A stretch of DNA of 24,157 nucleotides, taken from the IMG/VR virus record IMGVR_UViG_3300006919_000434, positions 1 through 24,157 of that record. The stretch is one strand, 5' to 3'. Position 1 is the first letter of the stretch; the number at the start of each line of letters is the position of its first letter. Below the pieces are notes generated by a model. The model made no database searches, was not told the DNA's origin, and worked only from the letters and a program-made list of their open reading frames with translations. Position numbers and translations under genes: made by a program. This DNA comes from a virus (Duplodnaviria > Caudoviricetes). Shown piece after piece: positions 1-7,636 of the stretch.

Positions 1-1
1 A

Positions 2-337
2 ATCGCAGCGAAAAACGCAGGCAACGATATATATAAAGGCCAAGCGATTGTAGGCTCTGAGAAGCGTTGGGCTGAGCTCGGTTACATCAAAAATTGGTTG
101 CTGCTCGATTCAGGAATTTTGTTGTCAGTCTTCAATGACTCAGAACGCGCATTGAAGGAAGTAAGCCTTGATTACAATGACTCAGGCTCAAGTTACGGCG
201 TTGTTGAAATACTTGAAGACAACAAGATTGAAGTAACTGGTGATCGAGTAGCTAAGAAGGACCTTTTTGCTCGCAGAGAGGCTTCTATTCATTACTACTT
301 AGTCGATCAAGACTTAGCCAAAAAACTTGCAGCTTAA
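2..337 (+). CDS. hypothetical phage protein, 5'-truncated by the window edge
   Basis: The frame of track ORF 98..337 is open back to position 2 (IAAKNAGNDIYKGQ...). It ends ...KKLAA-TAA and is followed by a hairpin. Confidence 0.7.
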   Translation: MAAKNAGNDIYKGQAIVGSEKRWAELGYIKNWLLLDSGILLSVFNDSERALKEVSLDYNDSGSSYGVVEILEDNKIEVTGDRVAKKDLFARREASIHYYLVDQDLAKKLAA

Positions 338-344
338 CTTAATA

Positions 345-376
345 GCCCCCTTCGGGGGGCACTCTTGACGGAGAAA
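345..376 (+). repeat. intergenic cassette copy 1: GC hairpin + GCACTCTTGACGGAGAAA (contains the RBS)
   Basis: Perfect hairpin GCCCCC-TTCG-GGGGGC at 345-360. The 18 nt at 359-376 are identical to 681-698. GGAG lies just before ATG 380. Confidence 0.85.
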
Positions 377-379
377 AAA

Positions 380-658
380 ATGAAATTTGAAAATGTTGCA
401 GAGGTTGGTCAGAAGATCCGAGCTTATGATTTCCAGCCTATCGAGGGTCGAGAAGACCAGTACATTGAAGGTGTTGTTGTTGAAAAGGGCTGGATTATTC
501 ATCCAGAGACTGGCCACAAACTCTTTAAGGGTTTTACTATCAGCATTGATGCTGACAGCTCTGAAGGCAGGTTCCGAGTTGGAGACAGTGGCTACGTTCC
601 ATTTGAAACTACTCATGACTTTGACGGCCGAGTACAAAAAATCATAGTATTAAAGTAA
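380..658 (+). CDS. hypothetical phage protein (92 aa, beta-rich, possibly SH3-like)
   Basis: ATG 380 follows GGAG at 370-373; the track's TTG 365 lies inside the repeat. Starts MKFENVAEVGQKIRAYDF. Confidence 0.75.
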   Translation: MKFENVAEVGQKIRAYDFQPIEGREDQYIEGVVVEKGWIIHPETGHKLFKGFTISIDADSSEGRFRVGDSGYVPFETTHDFDGRVQKIIVLK

Positions 659-666
659 TCAACCTA

Positions 667-698
667 GCACCCTGCGGGGCGCACTCTTGACGGAGAAA
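667..698 (+). repeat. intergenic cassette copy 2: imperfect hairpin + GCACTCTTGACGGAGAAA
   Basis: GCACCC-TGCG-GGGCGC at 667-682 overlaps the same 18-mer (681-698). ATG follows at 702. Confidence 0.85.
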
Positions 699-701
699 TT
701 T

Positions 702-914
702 ATGGACCCAGTAATTGCAGATCTAAACCGCTACCTCGACGCACAGGAAGCAGCCATCGAAGCAGAAGAAGCAGAAGAGCTAGAGCTCTACCGTGACCGT
801 TTAAACTGGGCAAAACGCCTGCTTGAAAACGACATCCTTTCCATTGAGCGTAAGGCTCGCATGATTGTCGGGCAGATCGAAGCCGAGATTGAGGAGGCTC
901 TCGATGGAGCTTAG
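702..914 (+). CDS. hypothetical small acidic helical protein (70 aa)
   Basis: ATG 702 follows GGAG. Glu-rich, starts MDPVIADLNRYLDAQEAAIEAEEAEELE. Its 3' end overlaps the helicase start. Confidence 0.75.
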   Translation: MDPVIADLNRYLDAQEAAIEAEEAEELELYRDRLNWAKRLLENDILSIERKARMIVGQIEAEIEEALDGA

Positions 915-2406
915 ACCTCACCAGCAGAAAGGGATTGACATGGTTCGTCAGTCCCTTCGCACAGGCCACATGAGGCCGTTACTGGCAGCACCCTGTAGTT
1001 ACGGAAAAACGTATGTTTCTCTCACTATGATGCTGGCCTATGCGGAGACAGGGCGTCGTTCGGTGTTCTTTGCAGACAGAGTGAAGCTCGTGCAGCAAAC
1101 AGCTGACACTCTGGACCGGCTTGGTATTGACTACTCTGTAATGCAGGCAGACGATCCCCGCTATGATCCCAGAAAGCTCATCCAGATAGCTTCTATACAG
1201 ACAGCGGTACAACGTCCTAACATGGATTTTTCTTTCGCTGTGGTTGACGAGGCCCACACAGTGTACAAGGGATTCAAAGAGAAGTACCTAGATCGTTACG
1301 ACAACATCCCGTTTGTCGCGCTCTCAGCCACACCGTTTAGTAAGGGTTTAGGGCAAATCTGGGACGATCTTTTAATTCCCATCACAAGCGAGGAGCTCAC
1401 CGAGCTGGGTTATTTAGCGCCAATTGATTATTACGTTGGCAGCTCTGTAGACACATCCAACATCCGTACTCGACGCCTACCAACAGGTGGCTTAGAGTTT
1501 CACCCAGATGACCTTGGTGCTGCGATGATGCAGGATGATGAGTTAAGCGGCGACATCGTTGAGAACTACCTCAAGCACTCGCCTGACGGCTCTAAGCGGG
1601 CAATAGCATTCTGTCCTACGATTGATCACAGCAAGACGCTGGTGGAAAAGTTCAATGCCCACCCGAGCGGTATCAAGGCTAGGCACATTGACGGCTACAC
1701 GAACGACGAGCTCAGGCAAGCCCTGTACGCTGATCACAAGGCGGGTCTATTTTCTGTGCTGTCATGCAGCCGCTTGCTCGGGACGGGATACGATGCCCCC
1801 TATGTTGAAATGTTGATAGACGCCTACCCGTGTCGCTCAAAAATTGATTTCGTGCAGCGCTGTGGCCGCATAGCCAGAATCTCTCCAGAGACAGGCAAGA
1901 CCCGAGCGATCTACTTGGACCACGCCGGCAACATTCAACGCCACGGACAGCTTCCAGATACAATTGTGCCCTATCAGCTGGATGACGGCACCAAGCGTTA
2001 CAATGAGGACCGGCTAATCAAGCAAGAAGAGAAGCAACCTGTGCTCAGGCCGTGCCCTGTGTGCACCACTCAAATGAGCGGGCGTCGCTGTAAAGCTTGC
2101 GGCTATGAATTACCTGTAGACGCTGAGATCTATACAAGCAACGAGGTCTTAAAGAAGATCGAACGGGAAAATATGCCAAAGCCTGAGAAGTTCACTACAG
2201 AGGACAAAGAGCGCTGGTATGCAGAGCTGACCGCTTATGCCGTGCTGAAAGGCTACAGGCAGGGCTGGGCTCATTACAAGTTCCAAGAGAAGTTTAAGGT
2301 AGCACCGAAAGGAATAGAACGTCGCTGCGCCAAGAACGTCTCTCTGGAAGTCAGGAACTGGATAAAATCAAGGAACATAGCGAATGCACATAGACGAGCT
2401 GGCTAA
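904..2406 (+). CDS. superfamily 2 DEAH-box helicase (ResIII/SSL2-like) with C-terminal Zn ribbon
   Basis: Q-motif LRPHQ, Walker A APCSYGKT, DEAH, motif III SAT, motif VI QRCGRIAR, and CPVC...CKAC. GAGGAGG at 891-897 supports ATG 904. Confidence 0.92.
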   Translation: MELRPHQQKGIDMVRQSLRTGHMRPLLAAPCSYGKTYVSLTMMLAYAETGRRSVFFADRVKLVQQTADTLDRLGIDYSVMQADDPRYDPRKLIQIASIQTAVQRPNMDFSFAVVDEAHTVYKGFKEKYLDRYDNIPFVALSATPFSKGLGQIWDDLLIPITSEELTELGYLAPIDYYVGSSVDTSNIRTRRLPTGGLEFHPDDLGAAMMQDDELSGDIVENYLKHSPDGSKRAIAFCPTIDHSKTLVEKFNAHPSGIKARHIDGYTNDELRQALYADHKAGLFSVLSCSRLLGTGYDAPYVEMLIDAYPCRSKIDFVQRCGRIARISPETGKTRAIYLDHAGNIQRHGQLPDTIVPYQLDDGTKRYNEDRLIKQEEKQPVLRPCPVCTTQMSGRRCKACGYELPVDAEIYTSNEVLKKIERENMPKPEKFTTEDKERWYAELTAYAVLKGYRQGWAHYKFQEKFKVAPKGIERRCAKNVSLEVRNWIKSRNIANAHRRAG

Positions 2407-2812
2407 TCTCTGCGACAAGCCTCGCAAGACCCGTAAAGGCTGGGACGTATGCTGCCCAGTACATGGCGAGACAAATCCAAGCATGGGCCTAACCATCGGC
2501 CGCAATGGAGACATCATTGCAAACTGCTTTGCGTGTGGCGCTAACGGCATGGACCTTGCTGAAGCACTAGGAATCAGCAAGTCAGAACTTTTCGCCAAGC
2601 CCCTTGAGAGAACCCAAGACAAAAACTGGAAACTCAACTCAACGCGTGATGCAGATGACTGGTTTATAGTTATACACGAGAGCGCCATAAAACGCGGCGA
2701 GAAGCCACGCTATGATGATATGGTTGAATATAAGCGAGCAATGGCTAGAAGAGCTCAGAGGTCCTCTCTGGGGCTAGAACAGACAATAATAGACGTAGGT
2801 TTAGAAGCATGA
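2384..2812 (+). CDS. CHC2 zinc-finger protein (primase ZBD-like, no Toprim domain)
   Basis: CCPVHGETNPS...CFACG matches the DnaG-type CHC2 pattern. Only 142 aa long. Overlaps the helicase stop. Confidence 0.8.
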   Translation: MHIDELANLCDKPRKTRKGWDVCCPVHGETNPSMGLTIGRNGDIIANCFACGANGMDLAEALGISKSELFAKPLERTQDKNWKLNSTRDADDWFIVIHESAIKRGEKPRYDDMVEYKRAMARRAQRSSLGLEQTIIDVGLEA

Positions 2813-3009
2813 TCGACAACACAGTAACAAAACAAAAGCAGCAGGCAATTTTAGATCAGCACAAGGCTGAATATCTGGCGAAAGGCGGCAAGATAACCGT
2901 GGTGCCCTCACAGACCTTTGGAAAGGGTTACAATGACTCGGTGATTACTCGAATGGTTTATTCAAGAGATTCTATTCTTGTCGAGAAAAAGAGCAAATGC
3001 GATGAGTAG
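2809..3009 (+). CDS. small protein with a SutA-like RNA-polymerase-binding motif
   Basis: A helix followed by EYLAKGGKITVV resembles the recalled Pseudomonas SutA core (EFLxRGGKVQEI). ATGA coupling to the upstream gene. Confidence 0.55.
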   Translation: MIDNTVTKQKQQAILDQHKAEYLAKGGKITVVPSQTFGKGYNDSVITRMVYSRDSILVEKKSKCDE

Positions 3010-3427
3010 GCCACTCTACGAGAATGAAGCCACCAAGGCTAAAGAGAAAGCATTGGGCGACATAGTCTGCGCCAAGTGGAATTGCGAGTTACAGAAAGTC
3101 TCTATCAAGTACCATGTGGACTGTTTAGCACTCAGGGACGGCGAGGCTATGGCATGGGTTGAATTGCGCTGCCGCAATAATGATGTGTTACAATACCCTA
3201 CACTTATGATTTCGCTGGCAAAAGTTCAGGGAGCTAAGAGATTACAGGAGGACACTGGCCTACCTGTGTTTCTAGTCGTTGAATGGAATGACAGCGTAAT
3301 GTTTACTAACCTCGGCCAATGCGACTTCACGCTTGGCTTTGGCGGCAGGAACGAGATGAGGGACTGGCAGGATCAAGAGCCGGTCTGTCATATACCTATT
3401 GAACAATTTCAGGAGTTCAGGCAGTGA
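3002..3427 (+). CDS. PD-(D/E)XK-like nuclease-fold protein
   Basis: Pattern E...YHVD...WVELRCR. ATG 3002 overlaps the upstream stop, so it is preferred over the track's TTG 2978. Confidence 0.6.
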   Translation: MSRPLYENEATKAKEKALGDIVCAKWNCELQKVSIKYHVDCLALRDGEAMAWVELRCRNNDVLQYPTLMISLAKVQGAKRLQEDTGLPVFLVVEWNDSVMFTNLGQCDFTLGFGGRNEMRDWQDQEPVCHIPIEQFQEFRQ

Positions 3428-3798
3428 GTGACGATAAGCCAGTACACGGCAGCACACGCGTCTTTACTAGCGAAGAAATTAAAGAATGCTTCAGGCTTGC
3501 GCCTTCATTAACCAAGCAGCAGCTCGCTGATTATTTTGGCTGTTGTTTCAACACGTTAAACCGCGCAATGGAAAGGCAGCCAGAATTTGGTGAAGCCTAC
3601 AGGAAGGGTAAGGCACTGGCGATTGCTCAGATGGCAGGCTCGCTTCAGATGAAGGGCTTGGAGGGTGACGTTAACGCAGCTAAGTTCTGGTTATCACATC
3701 AGGCCGGCTGGACCGAGACAAAGCGCACAGAGCTCTCTGGCAGGGACGGTGACCCCATTGAGGTTGATATGCAGTGGACTGTTGAGGTGGTGGAATGA
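3424..3798 (+). CDS. terS: probable terminase small subunit
   Basis: HTH-like LTKQQLADYFGCCFNTLNR, then AAKFWL and ELSGRDGDPI, typical of TerS. Located upstream of TerL. GTG start with GTGA coupling. Confidence 0.7.
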   Translation: MSDDKPVHGSTRVFTSEEIKECFRLAPSLTKQQLADYFGCCFNTLNRAMERQPEFGEAYRKGKALAIAQMAGSLQMKGLEGDVNAAKFWLSHQAGWTETKRTELSGRDGDPIEVDMQWTVEVVE

Positions 3799-3986
3799 GT
3801 ACCGGTCCGTGGGAAGGCGGCAAGGGCTCACGGCCCCGCAAATACAACGTGAGCAAGTATCTGGACAACTACGACAGGATATTTGGCAAGGCTAAAGAGC
3901 CCGAAGCCAATGAAGAGCTTGGCAATAAATTGCTTGAGTCCGTCAAAGAAATGAAAGCTGAGATCGCCAAGAAGCGCCACGACTAA
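3795..3986 (+). CDS. hypothetical phage protein (GGKGSRPR...NYDRIF)
   Basis: Translationally coupled at both ends (ATGA and TAATG). Confidence 0.75.
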   Translation: MSTGPWEGGKGSRPRKYNVSKYLDNYDRIFGKAKEPEANEELGNKLLESVKEMKAEIAKKRHD

Positions 3987-5392
3987 TGCCTAAGATGCAG
4001 ATTCCTAAGAAGCTTCAGCCTTTCCTCAAGCCCAAGCGCATAAAGGTCGCAGTGGGCGGTAGGGGAAGTGGGAAGAGCATGAGCTTCGCTGACCTGTGCC
4101 TGATGGACGCTATGACAAAGGGGATCAAGACTCTCTGCTTCCGTGAGTTTCAGAACAGCATAGACGACTCTGTACTGAGTATCCTGCGGGCTGAGATTGA
4201 GCGGCTAGATCTCAAGGGCTTTGAGGTCCAGAAGTCGCAGATCTTGTACAACGAAGAACCGGTGTTCCGCTTCAAGGGAATGGCTCGGGACCCAGAGGCC
4301 ATTAAAAGTGCGCACGGCTTCCAGCGCTTCTGGGTGGAGGAAGCTCAGACTATCTCCTTCGATTCTCTCAAGGCCCTGACGCCTACACTGCGTGAGGAAG
4401 GATCAGAGCTCTGGTTCTCAGCCAACCCAAGGTCATCGCTAGACGCATTCAGCCAGCGCTTTATCAAGCCATTTGAGAAGGAGTTACTGCGCGACGGGTT
4501 CTATGAGGACGAAGACCATCTGATCGTCATGATCAATATTGAAGACAACCCACTAGCGCCTGATGTACTGAAGCGCGAGATGGACGGCGACAGGGAGCGC
4601 ATGAGCCCTGCCTTGTTTGACCATGTGTGGCGCGGCCATTTCCTAGATGACGTAGAAGACAGCATCATCCCCGCAGAATGGTTCGATGCAGCCATAGATG
4701 CTCACGTTAAGCTCGGCTTTGAGGGCACCGGCGCAATCATCGCCTCACACGATCCCTCAGATGAGGGCGGTGATTCCAAAGGGTTCGCCCTCCGGAAAGG
4801 CTCAGTGGTCCTAGACATCTGCGAGAAGGTCACTGGCGATGTAGCCGAGGGCATGGATTGGGCGCTGCGTAAGGCTCGTGAGGCGCAGGCTGACTGGTTC
4901 GTATGGGATTGCGACGGCATGGGTATAGCGCTCAAGCGACAGGTAGATCAGGAGCTTGAGTCAACCAAGATGCAGAAGCACCAGTTCCGTGGCTCTGAAT
5001 CGCCTGATGACGCTATGGTGCCGTACAGCGGATCAGACTCTAAGACCAACCGAGACACATTCCTGAACAAGCGAGCACAGTATTGGTGGAAGCTTAGGGA
5101 CAGGTTCGAGGCGACGTATAGGGCAGTCACTAAAGGCGAGTACATTGACCCAGAGAATCTAATTTCTCTTTCGTCTGACATTCCCGTATTGCAACAGTTA
5201 AGATCAGAGGTATGCCGTATACCGCAAAAAAGGTCAAACAATGGTAAAATAGCGATTATGACCAAACTGGACATGGCGAAGAAGTATCAGCTGCCATCTC
5301 CTAACATGGGCGACGCGCTCATGATGGCGATGTTTTCACCTAAAGCAGTGCAGCAGCAGGCTGTCAAAATTAATTTCTCTGGCTGGGGCTAG
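3986..5392 (+). CDS. terL: terminase large subunit (PBSX/Sf6-like)
   Basis: Walker A GGRGSGKS, CFREFQNSI, Walker B WVEEAQ, coupling motif SANP, nuclease motifs HDPSDEGGD and SPNMGDALMM. Confidence 0.95.
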   Translation: MPKMQIPKKLQPFLKPKRIKVAVGGRGSGKSMSFADLCLMDAMTKGIKTLCFREFQNSIDDSVLSILRAEIERLDLKGFEVQKSQILYNEEPVFRFKGMARDPEAIKSAHGFQRFWVEEAQTISFDSLKALTPTLREEGSELWFSANPRSSLDAFSQRFIKPFEKELLRDGFYEDEDHLIVMINIEDNPLAPDVLKREMDGDRERMSPALFDHVWRGHFLDDVEDSIIPAEWFDAAIDAHVKLGFEGTGAIIASHDPSDEGGDSKGFALRKGSVVLDICEKVTGDVAEGMDWALRKAREAQADWFVWDCDGMGIALKRQVDQELESTKMQKHQFRGSESPDDAMVPYSGSDSKTNRDTFLNKRAQYWWKLRDRFEATYRAVTKGEYIDPENLISLSSDIPVLQQLRSEVCRIPQKRSNNGKIAIMTKLDMAKKYQLPSPNMGDALMMAMFSPKAVQQQAVKINFSGWG

Positions 5393-5395
5393 ACT

Positions 5396-7636
5396 ATGGC
5401 TACATACGAAAACGGATACGAAGAAAAGGAAGAGTCGGCTGAATACACCGAAGACGATCTGTCCTACAAGGATAATTACGACGATCACAAGAACGTAATT
5501 GATCTGCTTAGCTCTTGCCAACAGGCTGACCATGATAACCGAGAGATGGCCCGAGAGGCCCACTTATTTGCGGATAAGCGTGACGGTCAGTGGGAACCAT
5601 ACTGGTGGAACTCAAACCAGAACAAGCCTCGCTACACGTTTGATCAAGTCAACCCTATTATTTCTCAGGTCTCATCTGAGATTGAGCAGGCTGACTTTGA
5701 CATCCGTGTCAGCCCAGCCGGCGGCAATGCCACTAAGGACGTTGCTGCTACCTACGACGGCATAATCCGAAACATTGAGAACATCTCTAACGCTAAGCAG
5801 ATATACGCTCAGTCTTGCCGTGGCATGATCACTAGCGGATTTGACGCATGGCGTGTCTGCCAGAAGTACGCGGATGACAATAGCTTTGACCAAGACATCG
5901 TGATTGAGAAGATTGCGAATCCATTGGACCGCGTCTGGTTTGATCCAGCAGCGGAAAAGCAAGACAAGTCAGATGCACGTTACGCGTTCGTGTTGCATCC
6001 TATGGCGGTCAACGAGTACAAGAGCCGCTGGCCAGAGGGCTCCGAAGAGTCTGTGACTGATGACCGTGAAGGCGACGCATACTACGACAAGGCAGAGGTC
6101 ATTGTTGTTGGCGAGTTTCTCTACGTTGAATCAGAAGACCGTGAGCTGGTCATGATGTCTAATGGACAGACTCACGAGGTCAATGAGGACTACGATAAGA
6201 TCAAAGACGATCTAGAAGCTATCGGCGTCACCGAGGTCCGTCGTCGCAAGCGCAAGATGCACAAGGTCTGCTCTCGCTACTTTGACGGCAAGGACTGGCT
6301 CGAAGATGACAAGGACACGGTATTCAACCGAATCCCTGTCGTTCCTGTTTACGGCAACTTCAAGGTATTCGAGAATAAGACTATCTACTGGGGTGTGGTA
6401 GAGAAGCTACTGGACCCGCAGCGCGTTCTGAACTACGCACTGAGCCGTGAGATCGAAGAGGGCGCACTAGCACCAAGAGCCAAATACTGGATGACTCCTG
6501 CACAAGCGGCAGGGCATGAGGACCAGCTTGCAACGCTAAACACCAACAGCGATCCGGTGCAGTTCTTTAACCCTGATCCTGAGTTCCCAGCTGTGCCCCA
6601 GCAGCAAGGCGGCGCTCAGGTTAACGGCGGTCTAAGGACTATTGCTCAGGCAATGCAGGGCATGATGAACGCAACGTCTGGTATGTTTGCGGCGAACATG
6701 GGCGACAACCCCAACGCGCAATCAGGCGTTGCTATTCGTCAGCTTCAAAACAAAGGCGACAATGCCACCTACCAGTACACCAGAGCGCTTGAGATAGCTA
6801 TCACGGCAACCGGCAATCTGATCAAGGATGCTATCCCTAAGGTCTACGACACAGAGCGCACAGTGCGCGTCCTGAGAGAAGATGAAAGCTACGACATGGC
6901 AGACATCAACCAGAAGGTCATAGACAACGCCACCGGCGAGATTGTGGTGGTCAATGATCTATCTGTGGGCACATACGATGTGATCTGTCGTGCAGGACCT
7001 AGCTTCCGCAACCGCCAGCAAGAAACATTAGAGGCAATCACTAATCTTGCCAAGGTGGACCCGTCTCTCATGCAGATCGCCGGAGACCTGTTGTTGCAGA
7101 ATGTGAACACTCCGGCAGCTACGCAGATGGCTGAGCGCAAGCGAGCGCAGATGCTACAGCAAGGCTTGATCCCGCAGTCACAAATGACTGAAGAAGAGCT
7201 CATGCAGCTACAGCAGGCTCAAATGGCAGCACAGGGCCAGCAGCAGCCTGACGCAGCAATGGTCCTAGCACAAGCTGAGCAGATGAAAGCTCAGGCAGAA
7301 ATGATACGGGCTCAGATAGAGCAAGCTAAGCTTCAGAATGAGCAGATGAAATTGCAGATAGAAGCTCAGAAGCTACAGACGCAGACTGTCGGCGATCAAG
7401 CAGACAACCAGATCGACGCATTCAACGCGCAGACCAAGCGCATAGAGGCCGAGATCAAGGCGCAGCAAGCCGGTGCAACGATTGATAACACAGCGGCCAA
7501 GACAATGGGCGAAGAGTTAGACAATCAAAAGAAGATGTCTGACTTAATGGATGAGCAGATGCGTAAAGCGCAAATGACTCAGCTGTCTGATTTTGATCTA
7601 GCGAGGATTGCGTCCGGTGCCACTTCCATTAGCTAA
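5396..7636 (+). CDS. portal protein, P22 gp1-like
   Basis: 746 aa directly after TerL. Motifs VWFDP, IPVVPVYG, GVVEKLLDPQRVLN, SGVAI, GTYDV...GPSF, and a Gln-rich C-terminal coiled-coil barrel. Confidence 0.93.
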   Translation: MATYENGYEEKEESAEYTEDDLSYKDNYDDHKNVIDLLSSCQQADHDNREMAREAHLFADKRDGQWEPYWWNSNQNKPRYTFDQVNPIISQVSSEIEQADFDIRVSPAGGNATKDVAATYDGIIRNIENISNAKQIYAQSCRGMITSGFDAWRVCQKYADDNSFDQDIVIEKIANPLDRVWFDPAAEKQDKSDARYAFVLHPMAVNEYKSRWPEGSEESVTDDREGDAYYDKAEVIVVGEFLYVESEDRELVMMSNGQTHEVNEDYDKIKDDLEAIGVTEVRRRKRKMHKVCSRYFDGKDWLEDDKDTVFNRIPVVPVYGNFKVFENKTIYWGVVEKLLDPQRVLNYALSREIEEGALAPRAKYWMTPAQAAGHEDQLATLNTNSDPVQFFNPDPEFPAVPQQQGGAQVNGGLRTIAQAMQGMMNATSGMFAANMGDNPNAQSGVAIRQLQNKGDNATYQYTRALEIAITATGNLIKDAIPKVYDTERTVRVLREDESYDMADINQKVIDNATGEIVVVNDLSVGTYDVICRAGPSFRNRQQETLEAITNLAKVDPSLMQIAGDLLLQNVNTPAATQMAERKRAQMLQQGLIPQSQMTEEELMQLQQAQMAAQGQQQPDAAMVLAQAEQMKAQAEMIRAQIEQAKLQNEQMKLQIEAQKLQTQTVGDQADNQIDAFNAQTKRIEAEIKAQQAGATIDNTAAKTMGEELDNQKKMSDLMDEQMRKAQMTQLSDFDLARIASGATSIS

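Noticed and set aside
345-360. Hairpin as an intrinsic terminator
   Set aside because: It has no downstream U-tract and is part of the repeated RBS cassette.
365-370. TTGACG in the repeat as a -35 box, or TTG as a start codon
   Set aside because: No convincing -10 lies at the right spacing in both copies, and the GGAG-ATG spacing favours ATG 380 and 702.
5396-5410. Portal N-terminus MATYE resembling the ATFE/AMYE tag
   Set aside because: It lacks the Lys and is not C-terminal, so it is probably chance.
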